64,000 nt of DNA, taken from Raillietiella orientalis. Its lineage: Eukaryota. The position numbers and the translations under genes were made by a program. Shown here piece after piece: positions 33,716-48,586 of the stretch. Each line of letters starts with the position of its first letter. Position 1 is the stretch's first letter. The notes under the pieces are model-generated. The model was given only the letters and a program-made list of their open reading frames with translations. It ran no database searches and was not told the DNA's origin. The DNA is taken from positions 1 through 64,000 of the forward strand of contig JAYWIR010000047.1 of assembly GCA_036172245.1 (NCBI GenBank), read 5' to 3'.

Positions 33716-36700
33716 CCCACCGAAGAAATTCCTAGGCGCGAGTACGTGGCACGGTGGCGCCCACCAGCTCCTTCGGCCTCCAGTAATTTCGCCACTCCCG
33801 CGATGGTGCGGGAGTACTCGCGCCCCTCCGGCAGGCATCTGTCTCTGCTTCTCCTCGAAGCGGACGGAACTGCTTCTGCCTAGGGCGTGACGGCTGTTCT
33901 GGACCGCTGCCTCCCTAGCAACGTTGCACAGAAATCGCAGGGCACGAAGTTCCTCCCGGGACTTTCCCAGATTGGGCAGCACCCGTGTTGTGGTGGCCAT
34001 GCATTCCAGGTCTTCTTCGGACTGCAAGAGATCCAACAGTCTGCGTGATTCTCGATTTCCCTCCAGGGATGCCCATGCGCCTTCACCCTCTCGCAATTGA
34101 GAAGCACCAACACCGGCAGAGGTTCCGGAAGACGATCATTCCGTTTGTACCATCCGCGGCGCGGAGGAAATGAAAAGTGATCTCACCTCTGTTGCGAAAT
34201 CAAAAAAAGCGATGTCTAGAATGCGGGACAAGGCTATCCGAAAGACGCAAGTGGAAACTCGGTGACCTTGCCTTCCCCCCGTTCGTCCCTGCTCCCCTCA
34301 CCCCTCCAAGACGACCGGAATTTGCTCCTAGTATTGCTGCCTGTCGGGCATGCCACTTTTTGTTGCTATTCCGCGTTGCCCCCTTGACCCTCGTTCGGTA
34401 GGGCGTTTTCCCCTATGAGCCACCGATCTGCATGTCGGCGTTCCTCAACCCGTGCCTCCAAGGCACGTTCCTGCGTGCTCATTTCCTTTGAACAAACGCC
34501 CTTTAGCGACCTGGTTTTCACTATGGGGATCCGATGAGGTCTCGGACACCACGCCCCGTCATCCTCAGGCGGTTTGATGCTGTTGCTCCATCATCCCTTC
34601 GTTAGGCGCGCACCGCTTCGAGACAATCCGGCACTTTTTGCGATCGCCGTACCGAGAAAAGGTCACGCGTAGAAGGTCACTTCCACCGTGAACGTCAACT
34701 GCCATCAATTTGTCAGCATCTCCTTCACCAAGAGCACTCTCGCTCTCCGTCTTGGAGTTGCTCGGAGCACAAGGTGGATGGGAAATCCCTTTCGCCTCGC
34801 GGCGCCACGAGAGAGGAAGAGAAAACCGCGGTTCCACTTTCGTCAAGATGGGGAGCATCGTCATCCCGTTTGGCGAGAAGGGATGCGTGCGAAAGGAGAG
34901 CACTTGCACTCGGTTGCCTGCGATCAGAGATTCGTCGCTTCGGAGCCCGCCAACTTGCGCGACGCCGGGAAAGCAAGTCACGTTGGCGCGAGGGTGAACG
35001 AATCCTCCCCATTCGGGCATCCGCGCCCCGACTTGCCTCTTCCATTGCAATGCTGGGTGTCTCCTCGCTCGCTTGTGGCGAGCGTGCGCAGTTTTGGGAA
35101 GCACGTTGCCCTCTCGCAGACCACATCTTCCGCTCTCACGTCTGTGTGTATCCGATTCCTCATTTCCCTACTGCATCTTTCCAGGTTACGGCAAATGTCC
35201 TCCGTGTTCCTGCTTAACTCGCGGCTTTTCTTCCATTCACAACGGAAATTCGCTTGGTGATGTCTTGCGTGCGTGCCGTTTTCTCCTCCGTTCAACTCCC
35301 GCCTTCGCTCCAGAGCCTGGTTTGCATCTTGCGCAAGCCGGTCCCCAAAGCGCCTTCCGTCTGCGGCCCCGTCCGTCCCAAACACTTGCTCTGCTGAAAG
35401 ACGTGGAGCGTTCGCACTTCCTTTGGCGGAGGATCCTGGACAACCATCCGCATGTCTCCCACTTCCTTTGTCAGGATGTTTCGCAACGCGTGCGGTTTTC
35501 ACGGATGGACTTCCTTCTCTCCTCTTCTCGCAAGAATGCCCGTTCTCCGCGTGCGCGTCTCTCGCCGGAAGTCGACCAGGACGGTCGCCACGGCTCCAGT
35601 AGCTGGTTACCAAAGAGGCTCTCTTCGGTGCGCGGCAGGATGCGAGACCTGCTGGGGCGTTTTTTCCCCCAACTGGACCGCCCAGCACCCTCGCTGCAGA
35701 CCTTGCTCTCCAACGGGTTTCCCTCTTCTCTTCACCAGCTGCTCTCTTCGCTCGGCAGAGTCTTCCGAAGGTGGGTCATCCTTCAGGGCATCTGGTGTAT
35801 CGCCATCAGGATCGCTCGCCTAACGGGCACCCTTGGAAGTGCTGCTGCTCGTTCCCGCCTCTGCAGAGTCGCGAACGTGAGCGTGCGCCTTTTTCCCGAA
35901 CTGCCCCCGCATCGCCGTGCACGCCAGAGCTCCAGTGACACGCGCTGGCGAGCGGAATGGGCGGTCCTGGTGGCGGGTCGCTCAGTTCCGGTCCACTCCG
36001 CGAGAGGATGAGAGTTTAAATGCTCCCAACACCTTTGAAGAAGGAACCGTCCCGCAAGCAGCAGCCGGATGGGTCGCGCGTAGGCTAAAGTGGGAAACGG
36101 GCGCCTTGCAAGTGGGATGGAGAGACATGGACGGGGAAGCAAGAGGTGCACGGGAAGACCCCCGACTTCGCGCTCCAGCGCGGGGAGAGTACGTTGGCGC
36201 GAGCAGCTCGGCAAAACTCTTCCGTGACAACGGAGCGACCGAAGCGATGCCAAGCAACTCCCTTGCCAGGAGAACGCGCGCCGGGCCACTTTCACGGGTG
36301 AAGCGCTGCCAGGAGACGCGAGCTCGCCTGACGAGAGCGAGAGAGCATTCCCACCGCGAGTCCACCCTGCCCTTTGCGACCGGACCTGCCCGCGCCGTCG
36401 GTTTCGAGACAGGCACCCGTTCGCCCTCTGACGCATGCCCGCGTAGCCGTAATCTTTCCGGGTGCGCGGTGTCGTAAAAGGACGCTGCTCGCCCCCAGCA
36501 AACAACAACGCGCACGCAGTCGATCCGCACCGATGGTATCGACGACGCGTGCTGCTCCAGTTGAGAAGATGGGGATAGTGGACCGGGGAACGATGGTTCC
36601 ATGATTCTTGGCAGAGCCGGGGACCACGATTTCGGCGTCTCCCTCCTGAACGGATTTCAGGGCCCAGGGCAGCTGCCTCTCTTGCTGCACCCGACGCTCG

Positions 36701-38369
36701 TCTCCCGCGCGGAATCGCGCAGCAGGCAAGGGGCCTGAAGGGCGAATTTTCCAGCAGACTCGTTCGGACGACCAGTTCCTTGGCGACCATTCGGATGGAT
36801 GTCTCGAGGCGGCGGCCGGACCCGTCGGCCTTCGGCCCGACGGGGCCAGGAGATACTCGTTTCCCTAGCAGGCTTCAGCCGGCACCAAGGACTCCGGCAA
36901 GAGTTTGCAGCCTCCTTGGCGGCCAACTCGACTCCTCGCGCCTTCCCGTTCCCGGAAAGGCAAATCTTCCTGGAGCGACGAGGCGGCCTCCGCGAGGGTG
37001 CGGACACAGAAGAGCGGAGCCCGCAGGTGCTGCCAACGGAGCGCGCGGCGTGACCCTCGACGGCGGCGCTCAGGAAGGAAGGAAAAAGGAAGCACCGTCC
37101 TTGGAAGACAGGACGCTGCCGCTGCAAGAGAGCTTCCCGGGGACGGTTTCGTGCTAGGAGCAGCAAGTGGAAAGGAGCAGACGAAAGGGAGGGAGGGAGG
37201 AACGGCTACCGCAAGCCGAGAGCGCGGCGCGGGACGGATCGGAGGGTCGCGCGTTTGGTGTGAAGCTCAGGAAGGAGGCGTTCCGGCACGGAGAACGGTG
37301 GCGTTGTGTCGAGAGGAGTCTTGTTGTTGGGTCCGGAACCCAGGAGCGAGTTCTGGACGGGACTCCCTCCGGAGTCCCGGAGACCTGCGCCTCCACTAGG
37401 TCGTCCTTCCCCGTACTCGCTTATCCGTCGCCGACGCACGAGCGGCGTTTCCGTTGCGCGCTAGACGCAGCTGACCGCAGGAGCCAACGAGTTCTGCTGG
37501 GATAGGCAGGAAGCGCCTCCTCTGCACCGCCACGATTCGGTCCGTCCGCACTTCACCGCGCACTTAGCAGACGCTCCGCGCCTGCGCGCTGCTCCTCAGA
37601 TGCGCGTCACGCGAGAGGTTTATCCTCCTTCGATACGGAGGAGCACTGACGCTTCCCTTGCGGGATGGTGGGGAGCCCTCCCTCCACGTGATCCTCCACT
37701 TCTTCGTGGCCCACCACCACCCGGGCGTGCTCGTTGTGCAACCGATCTGTCTCGGTGGAAGGGTCGTGGATGCCTTTGCGCGAGCGTCGCAGAGCCCACA
37801 ACGGGAAGGAACTGCCGGGACCGCGGCAGGCCGTCGAGCGTCGACGCTCCCCCTGCCACGTGCACTCTCCTTCCCTCCCGACAGCAGCGCGGACGTCCGC
37901 GAAGGAATCGAAAGAGACTGCGAGATGAACCACTTTCCGCTCCAGCTGACCACTCGGAAATTTCCGCTGACGGCTGGAGGAACCGGGACACCGGGAGGAG
38001 ATCGAAAACCCGGAACCACCTCTCCAGGCCTCTTCCGCGAAGCGGCGCGGGCGCTCGCGCAGTCGCGGTGTCCTCAGAGCGATAACGTGGACACGACTAA
38101 AAGCAACGCCGCATTGTGGCAAGTCCCCGAAATCTCCGGCGGGGGGCTGCGTGATTGCCTGCCGTGAGCAATGCGGCCTCCCAAGCTCTAAACCAGGTTG
38201 CCCTAGACCGGATGTCACGCAACGGGAGCCGCGTGCAAACAGCGACCGGGGTCTCAATCCCAGAAGGGCGATGGATCCGGCGCCTCCCAGCACGAACCCT
38301 GCTGGACGACGGGTGTCAGGGGACCACACAACGAGGGCGGCCGGTCGGTTCGAGAGCCGGAAGAGTCCG

Positions 38370-39000
38370 AGCGTTCACGGCGCTTGGAGTACGGCGAGTC
38401 CGGGAGCGCGGTGGACGCGTCCTTCGCGGAGAGAATGGACCGTGCTGAGAGAGGAGCCGCGGGCTGAGCTCCCGGTCGCGTCTCCTTCAGAAGCGTGCCC
38501 CCCGGATGGAGGTGGCTTCTTCGGAGACGGGCGGCAGAGGTTGAGGACGCACCGGGATGCATGTAGCAGGTTTCGTGAGAGGAGGGGGAGCGAAGAATGT
38601 GGACCCCGTCGCGATGTCGAACTCGCCTCCCGAAACCTTCCGGAGAAAGGCCAACTGTGGAGGAGGGGGAGGGAGGCAGGCATGATTCCTGCGCCCCCGC
38701 TTCGCTGCAGAGGAGGGAAGGATACTGCGGATGCTGCTCAGACTTTCGGCGACCCGCATCGATGGCGCCCGGGCGAGAGTTGGCAAGGGGCTGTCGGTGT
38801 GTCAGTCACCGAAAGCAGTGCCGGTAATGTTCGGCCACGTCTCGGAATCCGGCTCTCGAAGCAACGCTTTCCAAGTACGGAGGTGCAGTCAGCCCACCTT
38901 GAGAAGGGGCGTTTGGCCACTCGGATCGAGAGCAGACGAGCTCGATGCCCTCTGCAATGGGAACAAACGACAAAAAGTTCTCCCTCAACACATCGCGGCC
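38370..39000 (+). mobile_element. Possible degenerate Gypsy-type integrase remnant
   Basis: Ordered echoes HGAW....ARWTR, DACSRF, LLRLSAT, QRFPSTEVQ, GV...S...CNG; catalytic residues not convincingly preserved. Confidence 0.25.
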
Positions 39001-42000
39001 CGATCCCAATCTCCGGACAGACCATTCCGTCTGCGGCCTTGAGGCTCAGCTTCCTTCCGGGACGCCGAGGAGAGGTTGGATGTTTCCCTCCTTCAAGGAT
39101 GAAAAGAGAGGTGCCCGGACAACCGGTGCACTAGCGGAGCCGGACGAAGTCGGAGGCTGAGTTCACAAAGAGCCTTTCGCACGCGCCGCGCCCGTCCCAG
39201 CCGTCGTTCTTCCTTCCCTCAAATGCACCTCAGCCTTGTGGCCAATGCTGTGTGACCGACTTGCTGTCGTGCAAAGAAGTCAAGGAGCCTCCACTGTGCG
39301 GCGATTCGCGCTGGGGAGTTTCCTTCACTTCTTCGTTCCTTCCCATCAATCCTCTGCCCATTCCGTCGTCCTTGTAGCCGCGCCGCAAGCATGCGGGGGC
39401 CGGTGGTGGGCCTTGACCAGAGCGTCTGCCCACGCGCTCCAGGAGCGCGTTCTCACGGCAGCGCGGTCGCGAGCTGTGGTCGTCGAGGGTACGGAGGCGC
39501 TCCTTCAGCCGCATTCCGAAGGGATGCTGCCTCAAGGAGGTGGCCGTCTCCAATCTCGAACTCAGGATGCGGTGGCCGGCAGGACCTCTGGAACCACGCG
39601 GACAACGGACGCGGTTCTTTTGCTTCCTTCGTTCCGCATCCCGAGGCAGCGCAAGAGGGACGCCGGCGAGCAGAGAAAAGTACAGACAACCTGCGTCTCG
39701 GCTAGCACCCGGCCGAGGTGGACTCAAAGACAGGCGCGCGTCCCCAGGGCATCACCACGGGCGAGGGAACACGAGGGAGAGGAGGCTGCTCTTAGCTGCT
39801 CGGTCGTCCCGATGACCTCGCTCTCCTCGCCGAGCCCCGGAGAGATCGCAAGGATAGATAGGTGCGAGATGCGAAAGGGCCCGAGGAAAGTCCCTCCCTG
39901 CTCTTCGGGGGCGGATAGAATGCCCCGTTCTGTGCGCGGCCATGGGAGCGGTAACGGATGCGTCCGCGGAGGAGAGGACTACGTCGACGTCCTCTGGTAC
40001 CCCGCCTTCTATGCCAGAGCGCGGACGCGCTACAGACGGGAGGCATAGAACCTCGCGGTTCCTCGGGATGCATCTTTCTTCTGCACGGAATTCTCCCGGA
40101 GCGGTCTTGCTCGACTCTCTCTTTCCCTACTCCTCGATGGCCTCTTCCGCGGTCCCCCTGAGCGGTTCCTCGCACGCCTCCTGGCGACTGGAGCCTGAGG
40201 AGCTGCCGAACCAGAGCCGGGCGGCATGGGCTCCGCCTGGCAGCCTTCCTCGAGCCCTGCGGCGGACAAACACCAACCTGTTGGTTCCACGACTACGGTT
40301 GGTTACACGCTACGCGAAGGGGGAGCGAAAAGAAACTCTTCTCGTTGCCACGGAGCCTGCCACCGCGCGCCACGCAGGAGAGCAGCGCTCGCACGCGTGC
40401 CCGGATTCTCTTTCGTTGGCGGCGCTCGTGACCTTGCGGACAGCGGATGGGATGCGCGGCTTCAAGACCGCGTGCGCCACGTCTCCCTCGCTAGAAGCCC
40501 CCGCCGTTGCGCGGCGCGAGCGCCCGCTTCCCGCAACTCTGCCGTCGGTGCGTCTGTCCGCTCCGGAGGGAGAGTCCTCTCCTCTGAGACGGCCGTGCCG
40601 GCGCAGCGGTCAGGTCCGACGCGCGAGAACCGCCGGAAGCGTTCACGAGCCTCGGGACGTACGCCCTCGACCTTCCACTCAGGATAGAGAGAGGCGAATA
40701 TGCTGCCCGCGTCGCGGGGCGGAAGCTCCCGAATATCTCGGCCGGATTTCGAAGACTTCACGCCTTCCACGACGCGCGAGTGCTCCACTCCGCAGGAGAT
40801 GGAGCCTGCTACGTCTTTGCTAGCTGCTTCCTGCTACCGCATTCCGGGCCAGCAGTGGCGGCGCCACCTCCGACAGCAGACGCTTTGGCAGCAGCAGCAG
40901 TACTCTGCTGCGCTCTTTCCCTCTCCTTCCTCCCATGCGAGCGAGCGCTGCGAGACAAAAGCAGGTGCGCACAGCGCAAAGCCCGCTGCCTCTTGCGTGC
41001 TGACGCGCACGAAGGGCGTGACGTGGAGCACGTGCACGGGCCGCGCCCCGTCTCCGACAGCTGTAGATCTCTAGACCGGCAGCTGCGTGCGCGCAGGCGA
41101 CGAGGACTTCGCTGGCGGACTCGCGCCGCGCCGCTATTCGTCTTTGCGTGGTCCTACGGACAGGCAGCGGCAAGCTGCGCGGTGACTCTGCATCCGCGGG
41201 CTCCCCCTGCACAATCGGGGTCGAAGGAACTCGGGTGCCGGCGTCATGCGGCTGCTAGACGGCACGCGACGCACGTTCCCTTTCGCCGCGCCATGCCACG
41301 CCACGCCCCGGTCCGTGGCCGCCGTTCCAGTCCGCGCACGTGCGCTCCGGCGGCGCCTGCGGGCCACGTCTAAAGTGCAAACGGTGCGCTTTCGGTGCGG
41401 CTTGGCCTCGTGCCCTCGGGCGATCTTCCGACGCGCGCCCCCTCCCTCCGTTCTTCTCGCTCGTCCCGACTTGCCACGTTCCCCCACCCCCGTTTCCCCT
41501 CCTTTTCCGCGTCCCGACGCCAGATTCGCTCCGCCGCGCGCGGGCTGCGCCTCTGGTGAGGGTCTTCGGAAGCCGGAAGCCAGCGGAAGGCCTGGAGAGC
41601 CGGCGGCGAGAGGTGCCAAGTGGGAAAGAGCTAAAAATAGCCTCAGTGACAGCGTATGCGGGCCGTCCACTCGTCAACTGGAGGCAGCGAAGGGAGCCGA
41701 TGGATTTGCTTTCTCTTTCGGCGGAGCAGGGGGACGCGTGCGCGCTTTCCCTCTCTGTCTCTCCGAGCTCTCTTGCATCGGGCAGAAGAGGTATCCTCCC
41801 CTCTCCCTCCCCACCTCATCATCACCACGTCGGACGCTGCACGGGACCGCGTAGGTGGTGGCGTTTCCTCTAGCGAGTCCTGGGGCGCCGACCCTTCGCG
41901 CTAGCGCCTCCGCATCCAGCGCCTCCGACGGGCAAGTAATGCGGCCGCGAGGGAGTGGTAAAGGGTGGGGGAGAGAACTTAGCATCGTTGTCCGGATGCG

Positions 42001-45000
42001 CCGAGGTGCGACTCCATCCGAAGACTGAGCGGGAGTCCAGGCGAACTGAGGTGCCTTTGCCAGCGGCGGGCAGGAGCATCCGTCGGGCACGGGCGCTGGT
42101 CCCGGGTCGCGACAAGGACGCCACTCGTGCTCTCCCGAGCCGGAAGGGCGTCCGCGCGTCCGAGAGGAGCATCTAGACGTTGCACCTGCCCACTGCGCGC
42201 CATCGGGCGATGCGCAAAGAAGGTGCTGGCAGATGGGCGCGTGCAGCTGACGAGTCGTTGCCGGCGGCAGCTCGTGTGGACGCGCGCATCGCAGCGCGCT
42301 CGCCAGTGGCTGAACCAGTGAATGCTGGCGCCTCCCTGCCGTACCGCTTCTGAGGAAAAGCGAGCAGAGCGTCGCCGGCGAAAGGGGACGAAGGAAGCAG
42401 GAAGAAGGCGGGACAATGGACCTATGGAGTGGCGGGTTCGAATCCCGGCCGGAGAAGCATGGACGCCGAGAAGCGAGGGGGAGCGTCGTGTGTTTGGATT
42501 TCCTTCATCCCCACCCGCAGGATGGCTCTGGATGGCTAGCTGGCTTCGGGAGTGACACCGGTGGAACACGCGTCCGCGCGGACTCTTCCGTTGACTTGCC
42601 GCGATTTGGAAGTTTGCGAGCTCCTCCGTGGTCTTTCCCGGAATACCGTCGGGCCAGTTCCCTTTCCCTCCAGTTGTGGGGATGGAGCAGACCTCCTTCC
42701 TCCCTTTCTCCTCGGGGAAACCATTCGTAGCGCTCCGAAGATCCGGATCTCGCCTCGGGGGATGGTGTCCTCCGAAGGGGAGTGCTCCCTTGGAGGTTCT
42801 CTTCGGCGGAGGGAACAGTCAGCGATTCCCTACGGGGTTCCGCCTCCCTCGAGTGAAAGGAACGAACTCCTTTTTCCGGAGCCTTCCTGGATTCGGTGGG
42901 GTGGTCCTTCGGGTTTGTCCCTTGACAGAGCCACACGCATCCTCAGGTGGAGCGGAAAAGCTTTGTGGGCCACCACCATATGGCCGCATCATGCAGCCCC
43001 TCCGATGCCCCTCCGCGGAAGCGAACGGTGCTCGAGCGATGAGCCCAACAGGCCCGTTACCACCGTTGCCAGGGAGACGCACCCCTGCGTGCTTATCTGA
43101 AGCCTCCTTGATGGACGATCCTCTTCGGCGTGGGAGCAGCCAAGGAGACCGCTGGGATGGAGAGAGCCGGTTGGTGGGAATCGTCCCGTGATGCCATGCG
43201 GCCCGATCCGTGCCGAGAGAACCTTCGAACGATCGCGGGCGACGCCCTCCTCTATTCTGAAGGATAGAAGATCCTCCGATCCACTCCATCGGGGAATCGC
43301 CTCGAGAGCCGAGAGCAGGTCTCCATGCGTCCCCCATTCCTCTGCTCTCCCTATTAGCCAGCGAAGAAAAAGAGGATGCGGAAACGCTCGGTCGGCCGAG
43401 TCCGCGGACCGCTCGGCGCCGGACGTCCAGCGGTCGACCGTTCCGCGCTACTGAGCACGCGCACTGCTTTGGCCAGCCCACCGCTGGCGCGCGGGCCCTT
43501 TGCCAGGCCGAGCGGCCACCGATCTGGAGACAGTGCTGCCTGGCGAGACGACCGATAGGCGCCAAAACGGGACGGCGTGGGCGACCAGCGCGCAGCTCTC
43601 TTTCCTGGTGGTCCCACGCCTCCTGCTCGGAACACGCTCATCCGCCCTCGGAAGGGAAAGGACTGGGTCCCTCCGGGGCGTACGAGGCGCAAAAATCTTT
43701 CTCTCTCCCTTACGCATTTCGCGGAGGACGCGCTCGGGAAGCGGAAGGGAAGGGGAATGGAAACGGAAGAAGGGACCTCGCGCGAAGGGATGGCTGAGGA
43801 ACCCGGGGATGAAGAGAGTTCACTCCAGGGATTTCCCCATTTCCCTGCGACGACTCCTTCACCGAGGGGATCGCTGTGCAGGGGGACGGCCTCTGCATCT
43901 GGGGAACAGGAAGTGCGCGCTTCCCGTCGGGAAGATAGAATTCCCGCTGCAGGGCACCTCAGCCAAGATGCAAGCATCGAGGCGAACGGGTGATGGTTGG
44001 CCACGCGGGAAGCGTAGCCAAGAAGGCTTTGGGTGAACGCAACTTCCAGAGAAACGGATGCTTCCAAACGCTCGTTTTTCCTTACGGGCCGCGGGGACAT
44101 CAAAGAGAGGCGGGTCCTCGCGGAGCGCGGTATCTGGGCCAAAGTCGCGACTCGCATGCTCTCGGGTGCAGCTGCAGCTCCCCTCCCAGTGTCCCGGGTG
44201 CAGATTCAGTGGGAATCCATGCGACCGCATTCGACTGCAGCTGTCCTTCGCGGCTCGCATTCCCACTGGCGAGGCGCCGGAAGCGATTCCCTGTCTCTTC
44301 CCGTGTTTGACCGGACGGCTCTTTCCGGTCGTTCGCTCCAGGTGCTTCCGCGACTCCCACCGGTTCGAGCGACCGGCTACCTCCTGGGAGCCTCTTCGGC
44401 AGGAGACATGAACCGCAGCGGTCGCGTCTCCGCGCTGGGGAATCCGAACGGGTCTCCGAGGAACCGCATGCGGTCCCGTTTCCCTGTGGGCGTCTCGCGC
44501 GAGACGAGACGCGTCGTCCCTCGTTGTCCACCCGCTTCCTCGCCTGGAGTCATTCTCCTGCGTTGACTCCTTCCCCTTCGTCTCCTCGCTCCTGCGCGCC
44601 CACGCGGAAGGCCCGTCCCAGCGGAACCACCTCGGCGCCTACGCCAGCGCCGCGCCATCAGGCGCAGCATCACCGCTGCGGACTTGGAGCTCGCGGACAT
44701 CGCGGCAACCTGCTACGGCCGAGCGCGGTGAGGAGGGTATCTGGAAACGGCCAAGGCGCTCTTCGGGTCCCCCCATGAATGAATCGCGGTCACGAGCGTT
44801 GCAGCAGCTCCCGCCGACCTTCTGAACGGAAGGAAGAGTTCCGCAACGCCTCTTTAGCCGCCAGCTTGAGCACGGATCCCCCCGCAGAACAGGTGAGCGC
44901 CGTTCCTTCTCTTCGTGATGGTCGTCTCTGCTCCGGGACAGCGCGCAGCCTTCCTCGTGCGCATGGCGGGAGCCAAGGATGCGACGCTCGGGGTCTCCGG

Positions 45001-48000
45001 CTCCCCCGAGAGGTGCTTCCTGCGAGTTGACTGTTGTCGCTTGCCGGAGACGAAACCGAAACTTGACTAGCACGTCTGCTTTCCAGCCTGGACACCGGGA
45101 AGCGCGACGACCGTCGGTGTGCGCAGCCGTCGCTGGACGACACCGAAGAGAGCGGAGTGCCACGCCATGACCTCGCTCTCGAGTAGAGTCGTCTAGGACG
45201 TGGGAATCCGCCGGTGGCCGCTGCAGAGGCGCCGCGTCGGACGGGTTGCGGGCTGCAGTGCGGGCGCACAGAGGTCGCGTACCTGGCAGCGGTCGCTCTG
45301 GAGCACGCGTCGCAAGGACGGGGCCTTCGAAGCACCGTGTGCTTTTCCTGGTTGCTTGCAGCGTTTCCGTGTTGCGAGCTTGGCGCTGAGACAGTCAGAT
45401 GACCTGGGTCGTCGAACTTTTTCCTTGCGGGGGCATTGGATGAGCCAGGGTGCTACCCGAGCAAGGCGTCACGGGTTCGCGGGCGCGAAACGGGACCTGA
45501 GATGCGGAATCCTCCAGACCCGGAACGGAATCCCCGGAGAGGCGACCTTTCTCCAACCTTCGACCCGCGTTTTGCAGTCTTGAGCTGCTTGCTTCCCTCG
45601 TCCTCCTCCTTTTCCCGTTCCGATGAGGCCCATCACATCGAAAGAGCAGTAGCGATCCGTTTGTTGACCCGGATCGGAATGGAGCACCCGCTGCCGCCTG
45701 CACTAGGAGAAGAGCAGGAACTTTTCACCTCTCGGTTGCGCCGCGTGTTCCGCAGGACTGCGACCTCCCAGTCGCCTCCTCCAGGGGGCGTCCAGGAGCA
45801 CGTCTTTTCCGGGGCAGTAAACGCCGAGTTCTGCAGCGTCTTCGCCACCGATCGTTCTCCCCGGGAAGTCTCTCCGGCGTGCGAACGCCATGCCAGCGGT
45901 ACGATCGTTGCGCTTCTCCCACGACGCTTTGTCGTCGTCCGCGCAGGCTACAGGAGGATGAGCGAGCGTCCTCCGAGGCGGGGACTGTCTTTCCTGGAAA
46001 GTGCCTGGGTGCGAACGCGTCCCATCTCTCGTCGGCGGACGGGAATGCGGGCGTATCCACGGGGCAGAAAACCCAAATCTGCCGTAGAGTGGAGTAGAGT
46101 AGCGATGCGGCGTAGAGTGGCGATTGGCTCGGCCCGCGGGGGCCTCGGTGCAGGGAGCGTGGCGAATCCAAGATCCGCTCTCTGCCGGCGTACGGACGCG
46201 TCCGCGTCCGACCAAAGTGCGCGCAGTGCGTGCTGAAAGTCGTTTTCCTCCCGTAGGATTGGAACGAAGGCACGGGAACGGGTCGTTTGACGGGCCGGCA
46301 TGCCGCAAACTGCGCGCGTTTCGTGTGCCGACGTCCTGCCTGTTATCGGGAAACGCCTCGCGGCGTGCTCAGTATCGGTGAAAAAGGAACGACGGGGAGA
46401 CGCGAGATGCCGATAGGCATGGTGCAAGGTGCGCATCCAGGCGGGCACTCGGAGTTCCTCGATGCGGAGCCCGCTCACCGAGAAACGCCGAGCTGCTCCT
46501 CGTGGGAGTCCCAGAATCCTCCTGGAGACAACTGTGCGTTGCCACCCGTCCCTCGGGCAGTGATTCCACCTCGCAAGGCGTCCCTCGAGCGGCGCGGAAG
46601 GGAGCGCCGCGACACGACGGGAAGAACGCGTTCGCTGCTTGCAGTGACGGACGGTGGGCCCGGGCGCCGTGGTTGTCCTGCAGGAGACGGGAGGATTGCG
46701 AAGAGCGCTTTCGGCACGCGCGCGCGTGGCGAAGAAGCCGGGGAGGGAGCAGTTCGCGATCTCGCGCTGCTAACGCGGCACCACCTGCACCGGGTCTTCT
46801 CCCCCGCAGGATGCAGCTGTGCGGCGTCATACAGGCGTCCCGTCGGAAACATCCCTCACGAATTCCTCAGCGCTACTTCACCGAGGGGAGCAGCACAAGC
46901 CGCGCGACGGGTTTATGGGGATTGTGAAATGCTTTTAGGAACGCGTTCCCGCTTTGTAGAATGGAGATCTTCCGCGTCGCCCGCTGACAGGGTCATGCAG
47001 CCCGTTGGCGCGGCGGAAGAACCGCGGCGCGGCGCGCCGCGGGCCTCACACACACGAAACGTGTCGCCTGCGAGGGGTGGCGAACGCACGGCAGCGACCG
47101 CTCCTTTCTCCGCGAAGGGGTGCGTGCTATTTGCGTGCGCGGGCGCGCGAGTACACCCGTGCGGAGTCGACCCGATGCACGCCGCGTTCCCGACGAGGTG
47201 CAGGACGCGCTTCCTTCGGCAAGGTCAGTGGGTACGATCCTTCTTGCTTTCGCGCCCTCGCTTTGCTCTCCCACCCTTTGCCCCCCAGTCACCCTGCGGC
47301 CCAAGAGAAGAACCAGCTGGAGGTGAGCGCGTACGAGGACGGGAGAGAGGTGACTTCACGAGCACGCGAAGCGCAGAGACGGCCGTCGAGCAGAGGGCAC
47401 AAGAAGGGATAAAATCTGCACCTCCGTTTCCTCCGAACACCGACACGTGGAGCGCCGGAATGCGGAGCGCAAGGCGTGCTCCGGGAGGGAAGGCGAGATG
47501 CGTATCTTCCCCTCCACGCCAGGCGGCGGGGAGTGCGCGAGGTCGGGATCCGTCCGGAAATTCGCGAGGCGGGATCTGTCCCAGTTGGCACAGGAGGGGG
47601 AGCAATGTGCGGTTGGAGAGGCTGCGGGAAGAATTCCCAGACGTGGAGCGTCCGCAAAGACAGGTGCAGGCGTCGACGACGCGCTGGGTTGGACTGCCAG
47701 GGCAGGGCAGGGAACACTTCGGCGCACTCAGCGTGCGAACCAGCAGCGATCGGACGGATCGGATGACCAGCGAGCGGCGCGCTTTCGCCACACGAAGAAG
47801 ACGTGCGTCACACCCGGCGGCGGTCCGCGCGCACGCGTGCCGCGAGTCCCAGCCCGTTGCTTGCAGACTTTCGCCGGAAGGAGAGAGTCCTGCTCCCTTC
47901 ACGGAAGCGGCTGGCGGCTCGTAAGCGCGAGCGAAACGACGACGGGCCGCCGTGAGACGCGCAGGAGCAGAGCGGGCGCGCAGCTCCCGTCCTGGTCGTC

Positions 48001-48586
48001 CGGCGACTGTCCGGAAAGCGGGAGCCGAAGACCGTCCGGATGAGCACGTGGTGGCGGCGCGTCTCGTGCAAGAAGCGTCCTCAGCAACGCACTCTCGGGA
48101 TTCCCGCTCGCCACAATCTATTCTCATCCGCGCCAAGACCGGCTGAGCGGGCGAGCGTGGTGCTCGGTGTATGCGCGATCGCGCACGCATTCCACTCTGC
48201 GTCGCGACGCTGCCCACGCTTTTCCTAAAAGAGAGGGACGAAGCGTCCGACCCTGGCTGTCGACCGCACTCCAGGAGGGGTCACCGGTCAGCTGACGCTA
48301 TGGGAGCAAGTGTGACCATGACCACGGTAGAATCGCTTGAAAGGTGCGCCGGGGGAAGGAATGGGAGACGACCACAGCAGTGCGCGAGCATTGCGACACG
48401 CGCGTGCCCGGAAAAAGGAAGAGGGAACTCTGAAAATCGATAGTGCATGTGCGTCGGCGGGGGCATTCCTTCGAAGGGAAAAGCAAAAAAACAAACAAAC
48501 CAAGCCGGGGTCTGGAACGGATGATCCACGGGACGGAGCGCCAGCCGAACTCTACGAGAGAACACCGCGAGAGCGGATCTTCTTTT

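Noticed and set aside
43120..43150. PLRRGSSQGD, similar to an RT QG motif
   Set aside because: Isolated; no KAFD or YADD nearby.
45622..45633. DEAH motif in ORF 45436..46236
   Set aside because: No Walker A or other helicase motifs.
45733..45742. GGCGCAACCG on the minus strand, resembling the Tx1 hairpin
   Set aside because: No AATAAA, T-rich UTR or full stem.
46287..47924. 545-aa ORF and the many other Arg/Pro/Ser-rich ORFs
   Set aside because: No motifs; composition is typical of stop-poor GC-rich DNA, with ORFs in all frames.
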